Assembly: GCA_963782525.1 (NCBI GenBank) | Contig: CAWAKC010000001.1 | Coordinates: forward strand, 256,001 to 320,000 | Reading direction: 5' to 3' | Source of the DNA: Candidatus Bathyarchaeota archaeon | Lineage (GTDB): Archaea; Thermoproteota; Bathyarchaeia; Bathyarchaeales; Bathycorpusculaceae | DNA length: 64,000 nucleotides | Part shown: positions 1 through 9,474 of the stretch, piece by piece | How the letters are laid out: the number at the start of each line of letters is the position of its first letter | How positions within the stretch are numbered: the stretch's first letter is position 1 | The notes under the pieces: generated by a model | What the model was told of the DNA's origin: nothing | Databases searched by the model: none | What the model saw: only the letters and a program-made list of their open reading frames with translations | Made by a program: the position numbers and the translations under genes

Positions 1-86
1 AGTTCCTCAGAAATCTTGTTTATTGAAGCAGACATTTCGTCAACTTTTTCCAACAGTTGATTGAGTTTTTCCTTGTCAGTGCTCAC
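1..86 (-). CDS. 5' part of a gene running off the window edge (MSTDKEKLNQLLEKVDEMSASINKISEE...), coiled-coil-like N-terminus
   Basis: Read manually: GTG at 86-84, open to the window edge, divergent from rtcA. Confidence 0.5.
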   Translation of the reverse strand, partial: MSTDKEKLNQLLEKVDEMSASINKISEE

Positions 87-167
87 AAATGCTTCCTCTT
101 AAACTCCTAAATAACCCCAGAAGCTTATTAATTGTTTGCAAACAAGCCAAAGTGGAGATCCTGCCTG

Positions 168-1199
168 ATGGAAATTGATGGGAGCCAAAAAAGTGGGAGC
201 GGCACAATCCTACGCATCTCAGTAGCCATGGCAGCTATCTCTAACCAGCCTCTTCACATAACCAACATCCGCCAAAACCGTCCCCAACCAGGATTAAAAC
301 CTCAGCATCTTGAGGCTGTATTGACTGCGGGAAAACTCTGCAACGCCAAAATCGAAGGAGCCCATTTAGGCTCGAAAGAACTCCGGTTTACCCCACAGGA
401 GATAAGGGGAGGCAACGTTGAAGCTTTAATTGAAACAGCGGGAAGCATCCCTATGCTGCTGTTGGCGACATTGCCGATTTGTTTGTTCGCCAAGAATCCT
501 GTACGGTTGCATGTTGCTAAGGGCGGAACAGACACCACTCACGCGCCAACCATCAACTACCTTCGTTTTATATTTCTTCCAGCGCTTAAGCAGATGGGCG
601 TTGACGCTGAAATTACAGTTCAAAAATACGGGTACTACCCAAAAGGCATGGGAGAAGCAACAATGACAGTTAAACCAAACTGCCACCTAAAACCCATAGA
701 AATAGAAACTTTCGGCAAACTAAAAAACATTAACGGCGTTTCCGTCTGCACTTTTCTGGCTGATAGACAGGTAGCTGAGCGCCAAGCAAAAGCAGCTCAA
801 GATCACCTTGCCCAGTACGGCTATTCGGCAGATATCAAAGTTGTAAATGACCAATCTAATCCCATCCAAAAGGGTAGTTCAATCGTTTTATGGGCTGAAA
901 CCGATACGGATGCGATCGTGGGTTCCGATTCTATTGGGGAACTTAGAAAAATGAGCGAAGCAGTGGGTAAAGAAGCCGCACAAAGACTTCTCGCGGAACT
1001 CTCTGTAAAGCCGACGGTGGATATTTTCCTTGCAGATATGCTTATTCCATACATGGCTCTGGCAAAGGGTAAGTCGTCCTTTTTGTGTCGAACCGTCTCT
1101 GAACACATCGAATCGAACATTTGGCTCATGGAAAAAATGTTAAACGTCAAGTTCACAATCGAAAAAGTAAACAACCTCTACCGAATACAAAAAAGCTGA
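168..1199 (+). CDS. rtcA: RNA 3'-terminal phosphate cyclase
   Basis: MEIDGSQKSGSGTILR start, IRQNRPQPGLKPQH, YGYYPKGMG, C-terminal TVSEHIESN. ATG at 168 follows GGAG (ORF track starts at 132). Confidence 0.93.
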   Translation: MEIDGSQKSGSGTILRISVAMAAISNQPLHITNIRQNRPQPGLKPQHLEAVLTAGKLCNAKIEGAHLGSKELRFTPQEIRGGNVEALIETAGSIPMLLLATLPICLFAKNPVRLHVAKGGTDTTHAPTINYLRFIFLPALKQMGVDAEITVQKYGYYPKGMGEATMTVKPNCHLKPIEIETFGKLKNINGVSVCTFLADRQVAERQAKAAQDHLAQYGYSADIKVVNDQSNPIQKGSSIVLWAETDTDAIVGSDSIGELRKMSEAVGKEAAQRLLAELSVKPTVDIFLADMLIPYMALAKGKSSFLCRTVSEHIESNIWLMEKMLNVKFTIEKVNNLYRIQKS

Positions 1200-1205
1200 A
1201 CACAT

Positions 1206-2276
1206 ATGCCCCGACCATCCGTTTGCATCAAAGTTCCGAAAAATCTAGGCGAAAAAACCCTAACGTTAGCAATCAAACTTGGGCTTGCCGACAAATCGCT
1301 GGTTATTCAACGGGAAGAAGACAGCCTCATCATTCCCCTATTCAGGGAGCCCCAAGGGATTGAGTTAACAACTCTGGAAAGCCAGATTCCAAAATTCAAG
1401 CTCTACACCGCTGTTTTCAGCGAAAAACAGCTCCCGCCAGAAACCCTAACCCAAGTTCTAGAAGACAAACTGCCTCCTGAATTGCTCGCTAAAGTTCCCC
1501 AAGCGTTCGACATAATCGGCGACATAGTAGTTATTGATATCCCACCCCAACTCAAAGCGTACCAGAAGACAATCGGCGAAGCAATCTTACAAACCCAAAA
1601 AAACGTCACAACCGTCCTTGCCAAAGCAAGCGACATCAGCGGCGTGTTTCGCATCCGAGACTACGATTTCATCGCTGGGGAACACAAAACTCAAACCATC
1701 CACCGCGAATTCGGCTGCCAGTACCACGTTGACATAGCAAAAGCATACTTTTCTCCACGGTTATCCCATGAACATGAGCGGGTGGCCGTACAGGTGCAGG
1801 ATGGCGAAAAGGTAGCAGATTTGTTTGCTGGAGTTGGCCCTTTCTCAGTGCTAATTGGCAAGAGGAATCCAACAGTGAAGGTTTACGCCGTTGACCTCAA
1901 TCCCGACGCTGTTGAACTGCTTAAGGTGAACGTGAGGGTTAACAGGGTTGAAGGTCACGTCTTCCCCATACTCGCCGATGCCAGAGAAATCTCTCAAATC
2001 AAGCTAAAGGGCGCCGCCGACCGAGTAATCATGAATCTCCCCGAAACCGCCATAGATTTTGTAGATGCTGCCTGCAATGCAATCAAGCCAGAAGGTGGGA
2101 TAGTTCACTTTTATGGGTTTGTCAGAGCCCCTGACACAATAGAAAACCTCAAGCAACGCTTTATTGAATTAGTGAAAAAGAATGGGCGAAAAGTCGAGAC
2201 ATTTACTTATGCCAAAAGCATCCGTGAGACCGCTCCTTTTGAGTCACAGGTTGTGTTAGACGCCCAAATCCGTTAG
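1206..2276 (+). CDS. trm5: Trm5/Taw2-family SAM-dependent tRNA methyltransferase
   Basis: AFDIIGDI, AYFSPRL, DLFAGVGPF SAM motif, DLNPDA, DRVIMNLP. Confidence 0.88.
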   Translation: MPRPSVCIKVPKNLGEKTLTLAIKLGLADKSLVIQREEDSLIIPLFREPQGIELTTLESQIPKFKLYTAVFSEKQLPPETLTQVLEDKLPPELLAKVPQAFDIIGDIVVIDIPPQLKAYQKTIGEAILQTQKNVTTVLAKASDISGVFRIRDYDFIAGEHKTQTIHREFGCQYHVDIAKAYFSPRLSHEHERVAVQVQDGEKVADLFAGVGPFSVLIGKRNPTVKVYAVDLNPDAVELLKVNVRVNRVEGHVFPILADAREISQIKLKGAADRVIMNLPETAIDFVDAACNAIKPEGGIVHFYGFVRAPDTIENLKQRFIELVKKNGRKVETFTYAKSIRETAPFESQVVLDAQIR

Positions 2277-2707
2277 CTCTCGACGTTTAAGGTTAACCTG
2301 ACTTTTTGTTCAGGGTCCTGAAGTTTTTCTACAAGAGCTCTTGGCAAATCAACAGAGGATTTGTCAGCGCAGATCGCCAGAGTTCGACTGCATACATAGT
2401 CACTTTTCCTAATCACTATATCCGTTTGGTGGCACAGACAGAGTTTAGGAGAGCCAAGAGCTTTGATTTCTTCTTTGAAGTCGCCTGCTTCGATAGTGAT
2501 GGTAACTTTTGCATTTAGCTTTCGCAGTTCCTGCTTAAATTGGATGCTTAAATCTGCAACCGATTTTTCCGCTGACAATGCAACGATGCAGTCGCCTTTC
2601 TTTGAAATATGAATATCCTTGGTAAACATCAGCGTTGTAGGGTGGACCGCTTGAATGTTTGGGTGTCCCAACGCCCAGAACGTTTCTGTTATTTGTTTGG
2701 GGCTCAA
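2273..2707 (-). CDS. DUF371 family protein
   Basis: GHPNIQAVHPTT, GDCIV, IVIRKSDY...RTLAI.ADK pattern of this conserved archaeal family. Confidence 0.85.
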   Translation of the reverse strand: MSPKQITETFWALGHPNIQAVHPTTLMFTKDIHISKKGDCIVALSAEKSVADLSIQFKQELRKLNAKVTITIEAGDFKEEIKALGSPKLCLCHQTDIVIRKSDYVCSRTLAICADKSSVDLPRALVEKLQDPEQKVRLTLNVES

Positions 2708-3670
2708 TTACTCGTTAACCTCAATCGAATCCACTTTACCATCCCCATCCAAATCAAACCCTTGAATAGCAACTGCGAAGGTATCTTCGCCCTTGTATTT
2801 TTCAAGGGTTTTCTTCCAAAAATTGGTTATTGCCAACACACACGCTTTGGTTCCAACTGCTTTGTTGCCAGCCAAAACCACTATTCGTTTGGTGGTGTCC
2901 CATGGATTAACGATTTTCGCAACCACACCTGAAACATCGGAAGTATAAACCTGCGCTGTCTTCGTTGAAGATAAACCACCTAGCAAAAACCCCTGCCCCG
3001 AAGATTGCATGATGAATTTTATGGGCAAATAATCGTTAACTTCCTGCGTCAACAGGTTTGTGCCTGGTCCGCCGACGAGGATGAGGTTGTTTTTTTCCTC
3101 CTTCTCCACCTTCACATCAACGTCCAATTTTACCGCAAACTCTGTTGGCATTTTGGCGAATTGCCCTAGAAAAAGCGCTAAGTGAGCTGCATAGTGACCG
3201 TCTCGAGCGCTGGTTTTGAAGGGTCCATGCGGCTGAGGGCTACCGACCACGATTTTTCCGTCGAAGGTGCCGTTATCAATGAATTCCTTGAAGAACTTCT
3301 GCAGTGGCTCGTCGAGGCTTAGTGTGCAAAGGTTCTGGATTGGCTTATAGCCTTGCGGGAATTCGATTCCGAAGGCTGGCGAAACAGTTTTGTAATATTT
3401 TGCTGTTGCGCCCTTCTTTTTTTCTTCACGCACGACCACAATGGCGCCTGCTTTGGCGAGTATTCTTATATGATAATAAATTTTTTGTTCATGCATGCCA
3501 AGTTGTTTGGCGATTTCTAAGGGGTACATTTCTTTTTTTGAGAGTATGGTGAGGATTTTCCAGCTGAGGTTGCCGAGTATCATTTTTAATTTTTGGGAGT
3601 CTGTTAGGACGCTTATTTCTTTTACTTCTTGGGTGTTGTCGTGGTCTTGGAGGAGAAGTTTTCTTTGCAT
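2708..3670 (-). CDS. ArsR-like winged-HTH transcriptional regulator with a C-terminal S-layer-C-like domain
   Basis: N-terminal MYPLEIAKQLGMHEQKIYYHIRILAKAG HTH; C-terminal NLILVGGPGTN...NPW...VLAG; ends with DLDGDGKVD. Confidence 0.75.
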   Translation of the reverse strand: MQRKLLLQDHDNTQEVKEISVLTDSQKLKMILGNLSWKILTILSKKEMYPLEIAKQLGMHEQKIYYHIRILAKAGAIVVVREEKKKGATAKYYKTVSPAFGIEFPQGYKPIQNLCTLSLDEPLQKFFKEFIDNGTFDGKIVVGSPQPHGPFKTSARDGHYAAHLALFLGQFAKMPTEFAVKLDVDVKVEKEEKNNLILVGGPGTNLLTQEVNDYLPIKFIMQSSGQGFLLGGLSSTKTAQVYTSDVSGVVAKIVNPWDTTKRIVVLAGNKAVGTKACVLAITNFWKKTLEKYKGEDTFAVAIQGFDLDGDGKVDSIEVNE

Positions 3671-3696
3671 TTTGTTCGATAGGATTAGGCAATGGT

Positions 3697-3807
3697 ACTA
3701 TAAAAAATTTATTTGTAGTGGTTCAAAAAATGGGTCAAAATATAGTTTGCACGCTTCTGTTTGCATGCAAATTTGATGATAACTATTAAAAAAAACTTTT
3801 TAGTAGT
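3697..3807. promoter_or_regulatory. Two candidate operators (ACTA-N15-TAGT) between the regulator and glmS
   Basis: ACTATAAAAAATTTATTTGTAGT at 3697-3719 and ACTATTAAAAAAAACTTTTTAGT(AGT) at 3782-3804(3807). Confidence 0.5.
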
Positions 3808-3892
3808 CAAACTAGTATATTAAAAATCCTTATTAACAAAACTCAAACTTCATAAGACATCAACATAATTATCACTCGAAGGCATCAAAAAA

Positions 3893-5722
3893 ATGTGTGG
3901 AATATTTGGCTGTATTTTAAAAGAAGGAAACGCTGCACCCCTTATCCATTCCTCGCTAAAACATCTTGAATACCGAGGTTACGACTCAGTCGGCATAGCA
4001 ACAATCTCAGACGGAAAAATCTTCATAAAAAAAGATGCAGGCAAAATAGATGAAGTAGACAAAATTGTCAACCTTGATGACATGTCAGGCAGTATAGGCA
4101 TCGGACACACACGCTGGGCAACACATGGCGCACCCCTGAAGGTTAACTCTCACCCACACATAGACTGCAAAGGCGAAATCGTCGTCGTCCATAACGGCAT
4201 CATCGAAAACTTCATGGAACTAAAAGAGGAACTTGAAGACTTAGGCCATACGTTTGTTTCAAAAACAGATACCGAAGTCATGCCTCATCTAATTGAGGAA
4301 ACGCTAAAACAAAACCCTAACCTCACTCTCCAACAAGCCGTTTTAGCCAGCCTCAAACGAATTGAAGGCTCCTACGCGTTCGCCATAATATCCACACGCG
4401 AGCCAGACAAGATAATCTGCGCCCGAAACGAAAGTCCCCTCGTGTTAGGGATCAACGGTAAAGGCATCTTCTGCGCCAGTGATATTCCAGCGTTTTTGGA
4501 AGTTACCAACAAAGCCGTCATGATAAATAACGGAGAACTCGTCATTCTTACCGCTGGCGGTTATGAAATCCGCAAAATCTCCGATAACAGTCCCATTATA
4601 CGCGATCCCATAACTGTGGAGTGGACCGCAGAGATGGCGGTGAAGCAGGGTTATCCACACTTTATGATTAAAGAAATCCATGAGCAACCCGAAACCCTGC
4701 GCAACACCCTCCGAATACAGGACCACTACTTGGATCTGCTCTCTACTTTCCTTGACCGCGCCAACGAAGTTTTCTTGGTTGCCTGCGGAACAAGCTACCA
4801 CGCATGTTTAGCAGCTTCATACATGTTCTCTAAACTGGCGTTCTTGCCTGCCTACCCTGTTTACGCCTCTGAGTTTTTGGAGCAATACGGCAAATCCGTT
4901 AACATCGACAGTACTATATTGGCTGTGAGTCAATCAGGCGAAACTGCAGATACAATTGCCGCTGTGTCTTGTGCACAGCAGCGCGCAGCAACCGTGCTAA
5001 GCTTAACTAACGTAATCGGCTCAACTATGACTCGTATTTCCCGAGTATACATCGGAACGCAGGCAGGTCCAGAAATCGGCGTCGCCGCAACCAAAACCTT
5101 CACTTCGCAACTTTCTGTCTTAGCTCAACTCGCTTTGAAGTTATCAAAGAAGCGGGGCAAAATTTCCCAAGACGAAATTGACATCCTAGAAGAGAATCTC
5201 AGAAAGATGCCTGAAGACGTCGATACTATTGTTCGGACACAAGAAGAAAAGATTAAACAAATCGCCAAAAAATATGCAACTTCTAAAGTGTTCTTCTTCC
5301 TGGGCAGAGGCATAAGCACCGCCACTGCGTTTGAAGGCAGACTCAAACTCATGGAAATTGCCTACATCCCATCCATAGCGTTCCCCGCAGGCGAAAGCAA
5401 ACATGGTCCAATCAGCCTAATCGAAGAAGGCTTCCCAGTAGTGTTTGTTTGTCCCAGTGATGACACCCATAAAACAGTCATTGGCAACATCATGGAAATG
5501 AAAGCCCGAGGCGCCCACATAATCTCCATTGTCGAGGAGGGCGACGAAGAAATCAAATCTTTATCAGAAGAATACATAGAGGTACCTAAGGGCATTCCAA
5601 GTGTGCTCTCGCCTATTCCGTTTGCGGTTCCGTTGCAGTTGCTGGCGTACTATGTGTCTTTGGAGAAAGGCGTTAACCCTGATATGCCAAGAAACCTGGC
5701 GAAGTCGGTTACCGTAAAGTAA
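3893..5722 (+). CDS. glmS: Glutamine--fructose-6-phosphate aminotransferase (isomerizing)
   Basis: MCGIFG catalytic Cys, GHTRWATHG, SQSGETADT, PRNLAKSVTVK. Confidence 0.98.
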   Translation: MCGIFGCILKEGNAAPLIHSSLKHLEYRGYDSVGIATISDGKIFIKKDAGKIDEVDKIVNLDDMSGSIGIGHTRWATHGAPLKVNSHPHIDCKGEIVVVHNGIIENFMELKEELEDLGHTFVSKTDTEVMPHLIEETLKQNPNLTLQQAVLASLKRIEGSYAFAIISTREPDKIICARNESPLVLGINGKGIFCASDIPAFLEVTNKAVMINNGELVILTAGGYEIRKISDNSPIIRDPITVEWTAEMAVKQGYPHFMIKEIHEQPETLRNTLRIQDHYLDLLSTFLDRANEVFLVACGTSYHACLAASYMFSKLAFLPAYPVYASEFLEQYGKSVNIDSTILAVSQSGETADTIAAVSCAQQRAATVLSLTNVIGSTMTRISRVYIGTQAGPEIGVAATKTFTSQLSVLAQLALKLSKKRGKISQDEIDILEENLRKMPEDVDTIVRTQEEKIKQIAKKYATSKVFFFLGRGISTATAFEGRLKLMEIAYIPSIAFPAGESKHGPISLIEEGFPVVFVCPSDDTHKTVIGNIMEMKARGAHIISIVEEGDEEIKSLSEEYIEVPKGIPSVLSPIPFAVPLQLLAYYVSLEKGVNPDMPRNLAKSVTVK

Positions 5723-5819
5723 CCAATTTCTCTTTTTACTCTTTTACTCGCCCTGACTTATTTAAAGCTCCAAAGAGGTAACAGAAAACTTTTAAACACA
5801 AATTTAGTTTTCTTCCCTT

Positions 5820-5964
5820 ATGAGCGACCTACTTAGCCAAGATGCAATCCTAAGTGCAAAGCTTCTCAAAACATGCGCTACATGTGGACACCCAAGAGGG
5901 ACTTCATCAACAAGACCAACAATGTACTGTTAAAGGCTGCACGTGCCAAAAATTCATCCAGTAG
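5820..5964 (+). CDS. Small CxxCGHxxxxH...CxxxxCxC zinc-finger protein (47 aa) with one extra base
   Basis: Removing one G from AGAGGGACTT (~5898) gives MSDLLSQDAILSAKLLKTCATCGHPRGLHQQDQQCTVKGCTCQKFIQ*; 145 nt = 48 codons + 1; not in the ORF track. Confidence 0.65.
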
Positions 5965-5970
5965 ATTAGA

Positions 5971-6999
5971 TTAGCCGAACCATTTTTCCAGCGAAACTTT
6001 CCCCTTCTGCTTCTTGCTTCCTGCAGTCATCCGCTCGATGGATTTTTTGATGCGTTCCTCGCCGAACTCTTTTTCACGGCACATAAAATCGATTAAACCA
6101 TTCTCATCGGGTTCTTTCCATTCTATCTTGTAGTTGTCGACAACTTTTGGGTGCAGGAAGATTTGCTGTATTTCTTCTATTTTGTCAGCAAAATCCACGT
6201 TTTCTATATGTGGCAAAGCATTCTTCAAAGTTCCGTATTGCTTTATAAGTTTTAACGCTGTTTTTGGACCTACCCCTTTTACACCGTCAGGGTTAAAGTC
6301 AGTGCCAATCAAGATGCCAACGTCAATCAGCTGCTCACGTGTCAAACCACATTCATGAAGCGTTTTAGGTAACTCAACTATTTCAGGCACCACTTCAATC
6401 GTGACTTTTCCTCTTTTTCTTCTTCCAGAAATGGTCACGTTTCTAAGCAGCTTGCACGCGCCGAAAAGTAGGCTATCGTAGTCTTGGCTTGCGCAGTAGT
6501 CTGCGTCGCCCTTTATGTTCATGTGCGCTGCTTGAGCTTCACCTTCACTCGGTGCCTGAACCCACGGCAACCCCATAAGCTCCAAGAGTTTCTGGCTATC
6601 ACCCAACATGTAGTCTTTCATGCTTGTTGACGCCTGAGCGTACATGCGCATTTTTTCTGTGTCGCCTTTTGACGCTGCTTTCTCGTAGCTGGCGACTGCT
6701 ACAACTTTTACTTGTCTGCGGCGCTCGATTTCAGAGGCTTTCAACGCAGGTGATTCCCCGTCAAAAACGTAAACTGGCTTAATCCCCATTTCAATTAGGT
6801 TGCTTGTGCGATAAAAGAGTCCGCTAAGGTGGCTTGTTATTTTTCCTGTGCTGTCTCTGAGGGGTGTGCCGTCAGGTTGGCGGATAATGCTGAGGAACTG
6901 GTAGATGGCGTTGTAAGCGTCGATGGCGATGACTTTTCCGCCTAAATCCTCGAGTTTAACAGGAGTTTTTGGTATAAGATCTTTGAAGTTTACGCCCAA
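5971..6999 (-). CDS. fen: Flap endonuclease 1
   Basis: IAIDAYNAIYQFL, APSEGEAQAA, SQDYDSLLFG, GTDFNPDG; likely TTG start at 6999 (MGVNFKDL). Confidence 0.96.
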   Translation of the reverse strand: MGVNFKDLIPKTPVKLEDLGGKVIAIDAYNAIYQFLSIIRQPDGTPLRDSTGKITSHLSGLFYRTSNLIEMGIKPVYVFDGESPALKASEIERRRQVKVVAVASYEKAASKGDTEKMRMYAQASTSMKDYMLGDSQKLLELMGLPWVQAPSEGEAQAAHMNIKGDADYCASQDYDSLLFGACKLLRNVTISGRRKRGKVTIEVVPEIVELPKTLHECGLTREQLIDVGILIGTDFNPDGVKGVGPKTALKLIKQYGTLKNALPHIENVDFADKIEEIQQIFLHPKVVDNYKIEWKEPDENGLIDFMCREKEFGEERIKKSIERMTAGSKKQKGKVSLEKWFG

Positions 7000-7147
7000 A
7001 ACGATTCCACACGTAAAGATAGGCAAGAATCCAACTTAATAAATTTACGAAGAGACTAAAATTTCAGTATATTCGGGGCCTATATCAACATTGCAGAAAG
7101 CTGTATTGGCGTAGGTCGTAATGGCGCTTTTTCAAGCCAATAGCATG

Positions 7148-7408
7148 TCAAGGTTTTAAACCGTTTATGGAACGAAGTGTTTTCTCGGCGGTGGATGCGC
7201 TGAAGAGTAAGTCGTCAATAGTAGCGGTGAAAGTGGCAAGTTTGCCTTCGCATTCAATGTGAGTTACTACTTTGTTGTTTTCCCGCTCAGTTTTAACATT
7301 TAAGCCAACGGGGGTTTTGAAGTTGTCCGGCGAAACCGCTTCTGCAACGGCTTTGGCGGTTTTCTGGTCTTTATACTCAAGCGTGACTGTTGCTTCCAAG
7401 CTTCTCAC
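7148..7408 (-). CDS. pcc1: KEOPS complex subunit Pcc1
   Basis: ~85 aa, AVSPDN, TIDDLL; downstream of rps15-DHH as in other archaea. Confidence 0.8.
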   Translation of the reverse strand: MRSLEATVTLEYKDQKTAKAVAEAVSPDNFKTPVGLNVKTERENNKVVTHIECEGKLATFTATIDDLLFSASTAEKTLRSINGLKP

Positions 7409-8849
7409 CCTTCAATTGCCGCCCAACCAACGCGTCAGCTGTTTTGATGAAAGAATCAAGCTTATCCAAGGGCACTTGTGCGCCTGCAGCAATGTTGTGC
7501 CCTCCACCTTTGCCGCCGTTTGCTTCCGAAGCTAACCGCATTACGTCACCGAGGTTGACGCCTTTTCGCAGTGCCGCCTCTGTAGTTCTTCCTGAGAATT
7601 TTGCGGCTTTTTCTGCGTCGATGTTGGCGAACGCTAAGAGCGGCTTTTGGTTGTTTGCTAGGCTCGCAACGATTATGGAGGAGACTGTGCCGATGATTTT
7701 TTCGTTGATAAAGTTTTCGCCGTAGATGACATAGATGTTTTGGAGTTCACGCATTCGTTCGGGTTTTTCAGCTACCCAACCGAGGTATTTATTGATGTTT
7801 TTGCGGTAGTCTTCGAGGATTTTGTTGGATTCTTCCAAGGCGGCTTTGCGGTCACCCATACAGATGGCGATGCCAAGGCTCGGACGGTCCATGCGTCCCG
7901 CTGAATTCAAAACCACAGCGAATTCTCGACCGTCCCGAAGAGCCGTGTTTGGCTCCTCTTTAGTTAAAACGTAAACATAACCAATTATGTCCTCGACTGC
8001 TAAATGTAGTCCCTTAGACATCAGATAATCTGCTAAACCGGAGCAAAGACGCGTTTTCTCTTCAGGGGTTAGGTCACTGAGACTTCGAGGTTTGTCTCCT
8101 TGTTTGGTCGGAATTTTCAATGTATCCTCAAGAAAATTAATCGTTTGAGTTTCTTGACCGCTTAATCCCGGAATAAACGGGTTAGTTGTGGTTACAATCA
8201 TCTTGTAGAGCGGTCTTGTTTCTCGGCCAAAGAACATCAAGTCTTTTTCAACTTTGAGCAGACCAGTGGCTACCGCATCTTTTACGATTATTTCGTTTAG
8301 GCTTCGCATGCTACGTTGTTCATACTTATCTTGCATATCACCCAACGCGCCGACCAAAGCTATGGGCGCCAAATCAATATTTGTAGCGTTCACTGCTTTG
8401 GCCGCAAAATACGCCACACCTGAACCGCTAACATCCGTCGCCCCATCAATACCAAACAAGTGCGGATTCACTTGGGTGATGTTTGAGTTTGCGACTTTGC
8501 TATTTACTTGGTGATGATCAAGGATTACAACTTTGAAGTTTGGGATTTTCTCGTTGAGTAGGTCGAGGTAGCCGCTTCCAAAATCGGTTAGAATTATGAG
8601 CTGAGGTTTGTCAGCGATGACTTCGCCGATGATTTTATCATCAACCCACTGCATCACACGTATGCGGAAACGGGCGTCGAGTCGACTAAGCATTTTGCCC
8701 ATGACGCCTGCGGCAGCTACACCGTCGGCATCCAAATGCGAAAAAACCAAGATAAAACCGTCTTTCTTGACAGTTTCCAAAATTACTTTTGCTGCTTCGC
8801 TTGCAGCCGCTAAGAAGCCTTCGATATTTTGCTGTTGCAATGTCGCCAT
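7377..8849 (-). CDS. DHH/DHHA1 family phosphoesterase (RecJ-like)
   Basis: SHLDADG, LTDFG, ILDHH, GALGD, GGGHNIAAG. Confidence 0.9.
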   Translation of the reverse strand: MATLQQQNIEGFLAAASEAAKVILETVKKDGFILVFSHLDADGVAAAGVMGKMLSRLDARFRIRVMQWVDDKIIGEVIADKPQLIILTDFGSGYLDLLNEKIPNFKVVILDHHQVNSKVANSNITQVNPHLFGIDGATDVSGSGVAYFAAKAVNATNIDLAPIALVGALGDMQDKYEQRSMRSLNEIIVKDAVATGLLKVEKDLMFFGRETRPLYKMIVTTTNPFIPGLSGQETQTINFLEDTLKIPTKQGDKPRSLSDLTPEEKTRLCSGLADYLMSKGLHLAVEDIIGYVYVLTKEEPNTALRDGREFAVVLNSAGRMDRPSLGIAICMGDRKAALEESNKILEDYRKNINKYLGWVAEKPERMRELQNIYVIYGENFINEKIIGTVSSIIVASLANNQKPLLAFANIDAEKAAKFSGRTTEAALRKGVNLGDVMRLASEANGGKGGGHNIAAGAQVPLDKLDSFIKTADALVGRQLKGEKLGSNSHA

Positions 8850-8943
8850 GCCCAGTCACTTTCTTTTGGGCTAAAAGGGGATGATTGGATTTAAAGCTGG
8901 CGCATCAAGAACCAATAAAAAGTAAAATTAAAAGAAGAAAAGT

Positions 8944-9384
8944 TTAGGTTACGGAAGCGATTTTTGGCACATACTTCCAGTTCTGTGCGATAACGCCTTC
9001 ACGTTTGTAGTAGCGACTAAGTTTGTGGATTTGGGCTTCAATGATTTGCATGTTGCGTTTGTTGTGAAGGTCTTTCTTGTTCTTGTCCATGTGGACGGCG
9101 AGGCTTTGTGCTTTTTTCATGAGGTTGGATAGGTCTTCAGGCATTGTTGGAGCTAAGTTTGCGGCTTTTAATGTGTCGCTTATGCTCTTGCCTGTGATGG
9201 GTTTTACGAGTGGAATTGCGTATTGGTCACGTAGGATTGTGCCTATGCTGCTGAGTGAGTGGCCTTCTTTAGCCAGTTTAATTATGAATGATTCTACTTC
9301 TTCAGGCTGATATTTGCACCAGCTTGGAGGACGCCTGCTGACAGGACGCATCGAATGGGATTTCCCTTTTTCTTGCTTTGGCAT
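8944..9384 (-). CDS. rps15: 30S ribosomal protein S15 (uS15)
   Basis: GKSHSMRP, IGTILRDQYAIP, PEDL, KKDLHNKR...IHKLSRYYK. Confidence 0.96.
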   Translation of the reverse strand: MPKQEKGKSHSMRPVSRRPPSWCKYQPEEVESFIIKLAKEGHSLSSIGTILRDQYAIPLVKPITGKSISDTLKAANLAPTMPEDLSNLMKKAQSLAVHMDKNKKDLHNKRNMQIIEAQIHKLSRYYKREGVIAQNWKYVPKIASVT

Positions 9385-9474
9385 TGTTACACCTTAAACT
9401 GCACCCTTATCCACACCCAACGAATATTTAAAAGTAATCCCTTTAACAAGAAAAACAGAAAAAATGTTTATTTT

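Noticed and set aside
3720-3892. glmS ribozyme upstream of glmS
   Set aside because: Region is AT-rich with no recognisable ribozyme core or stems
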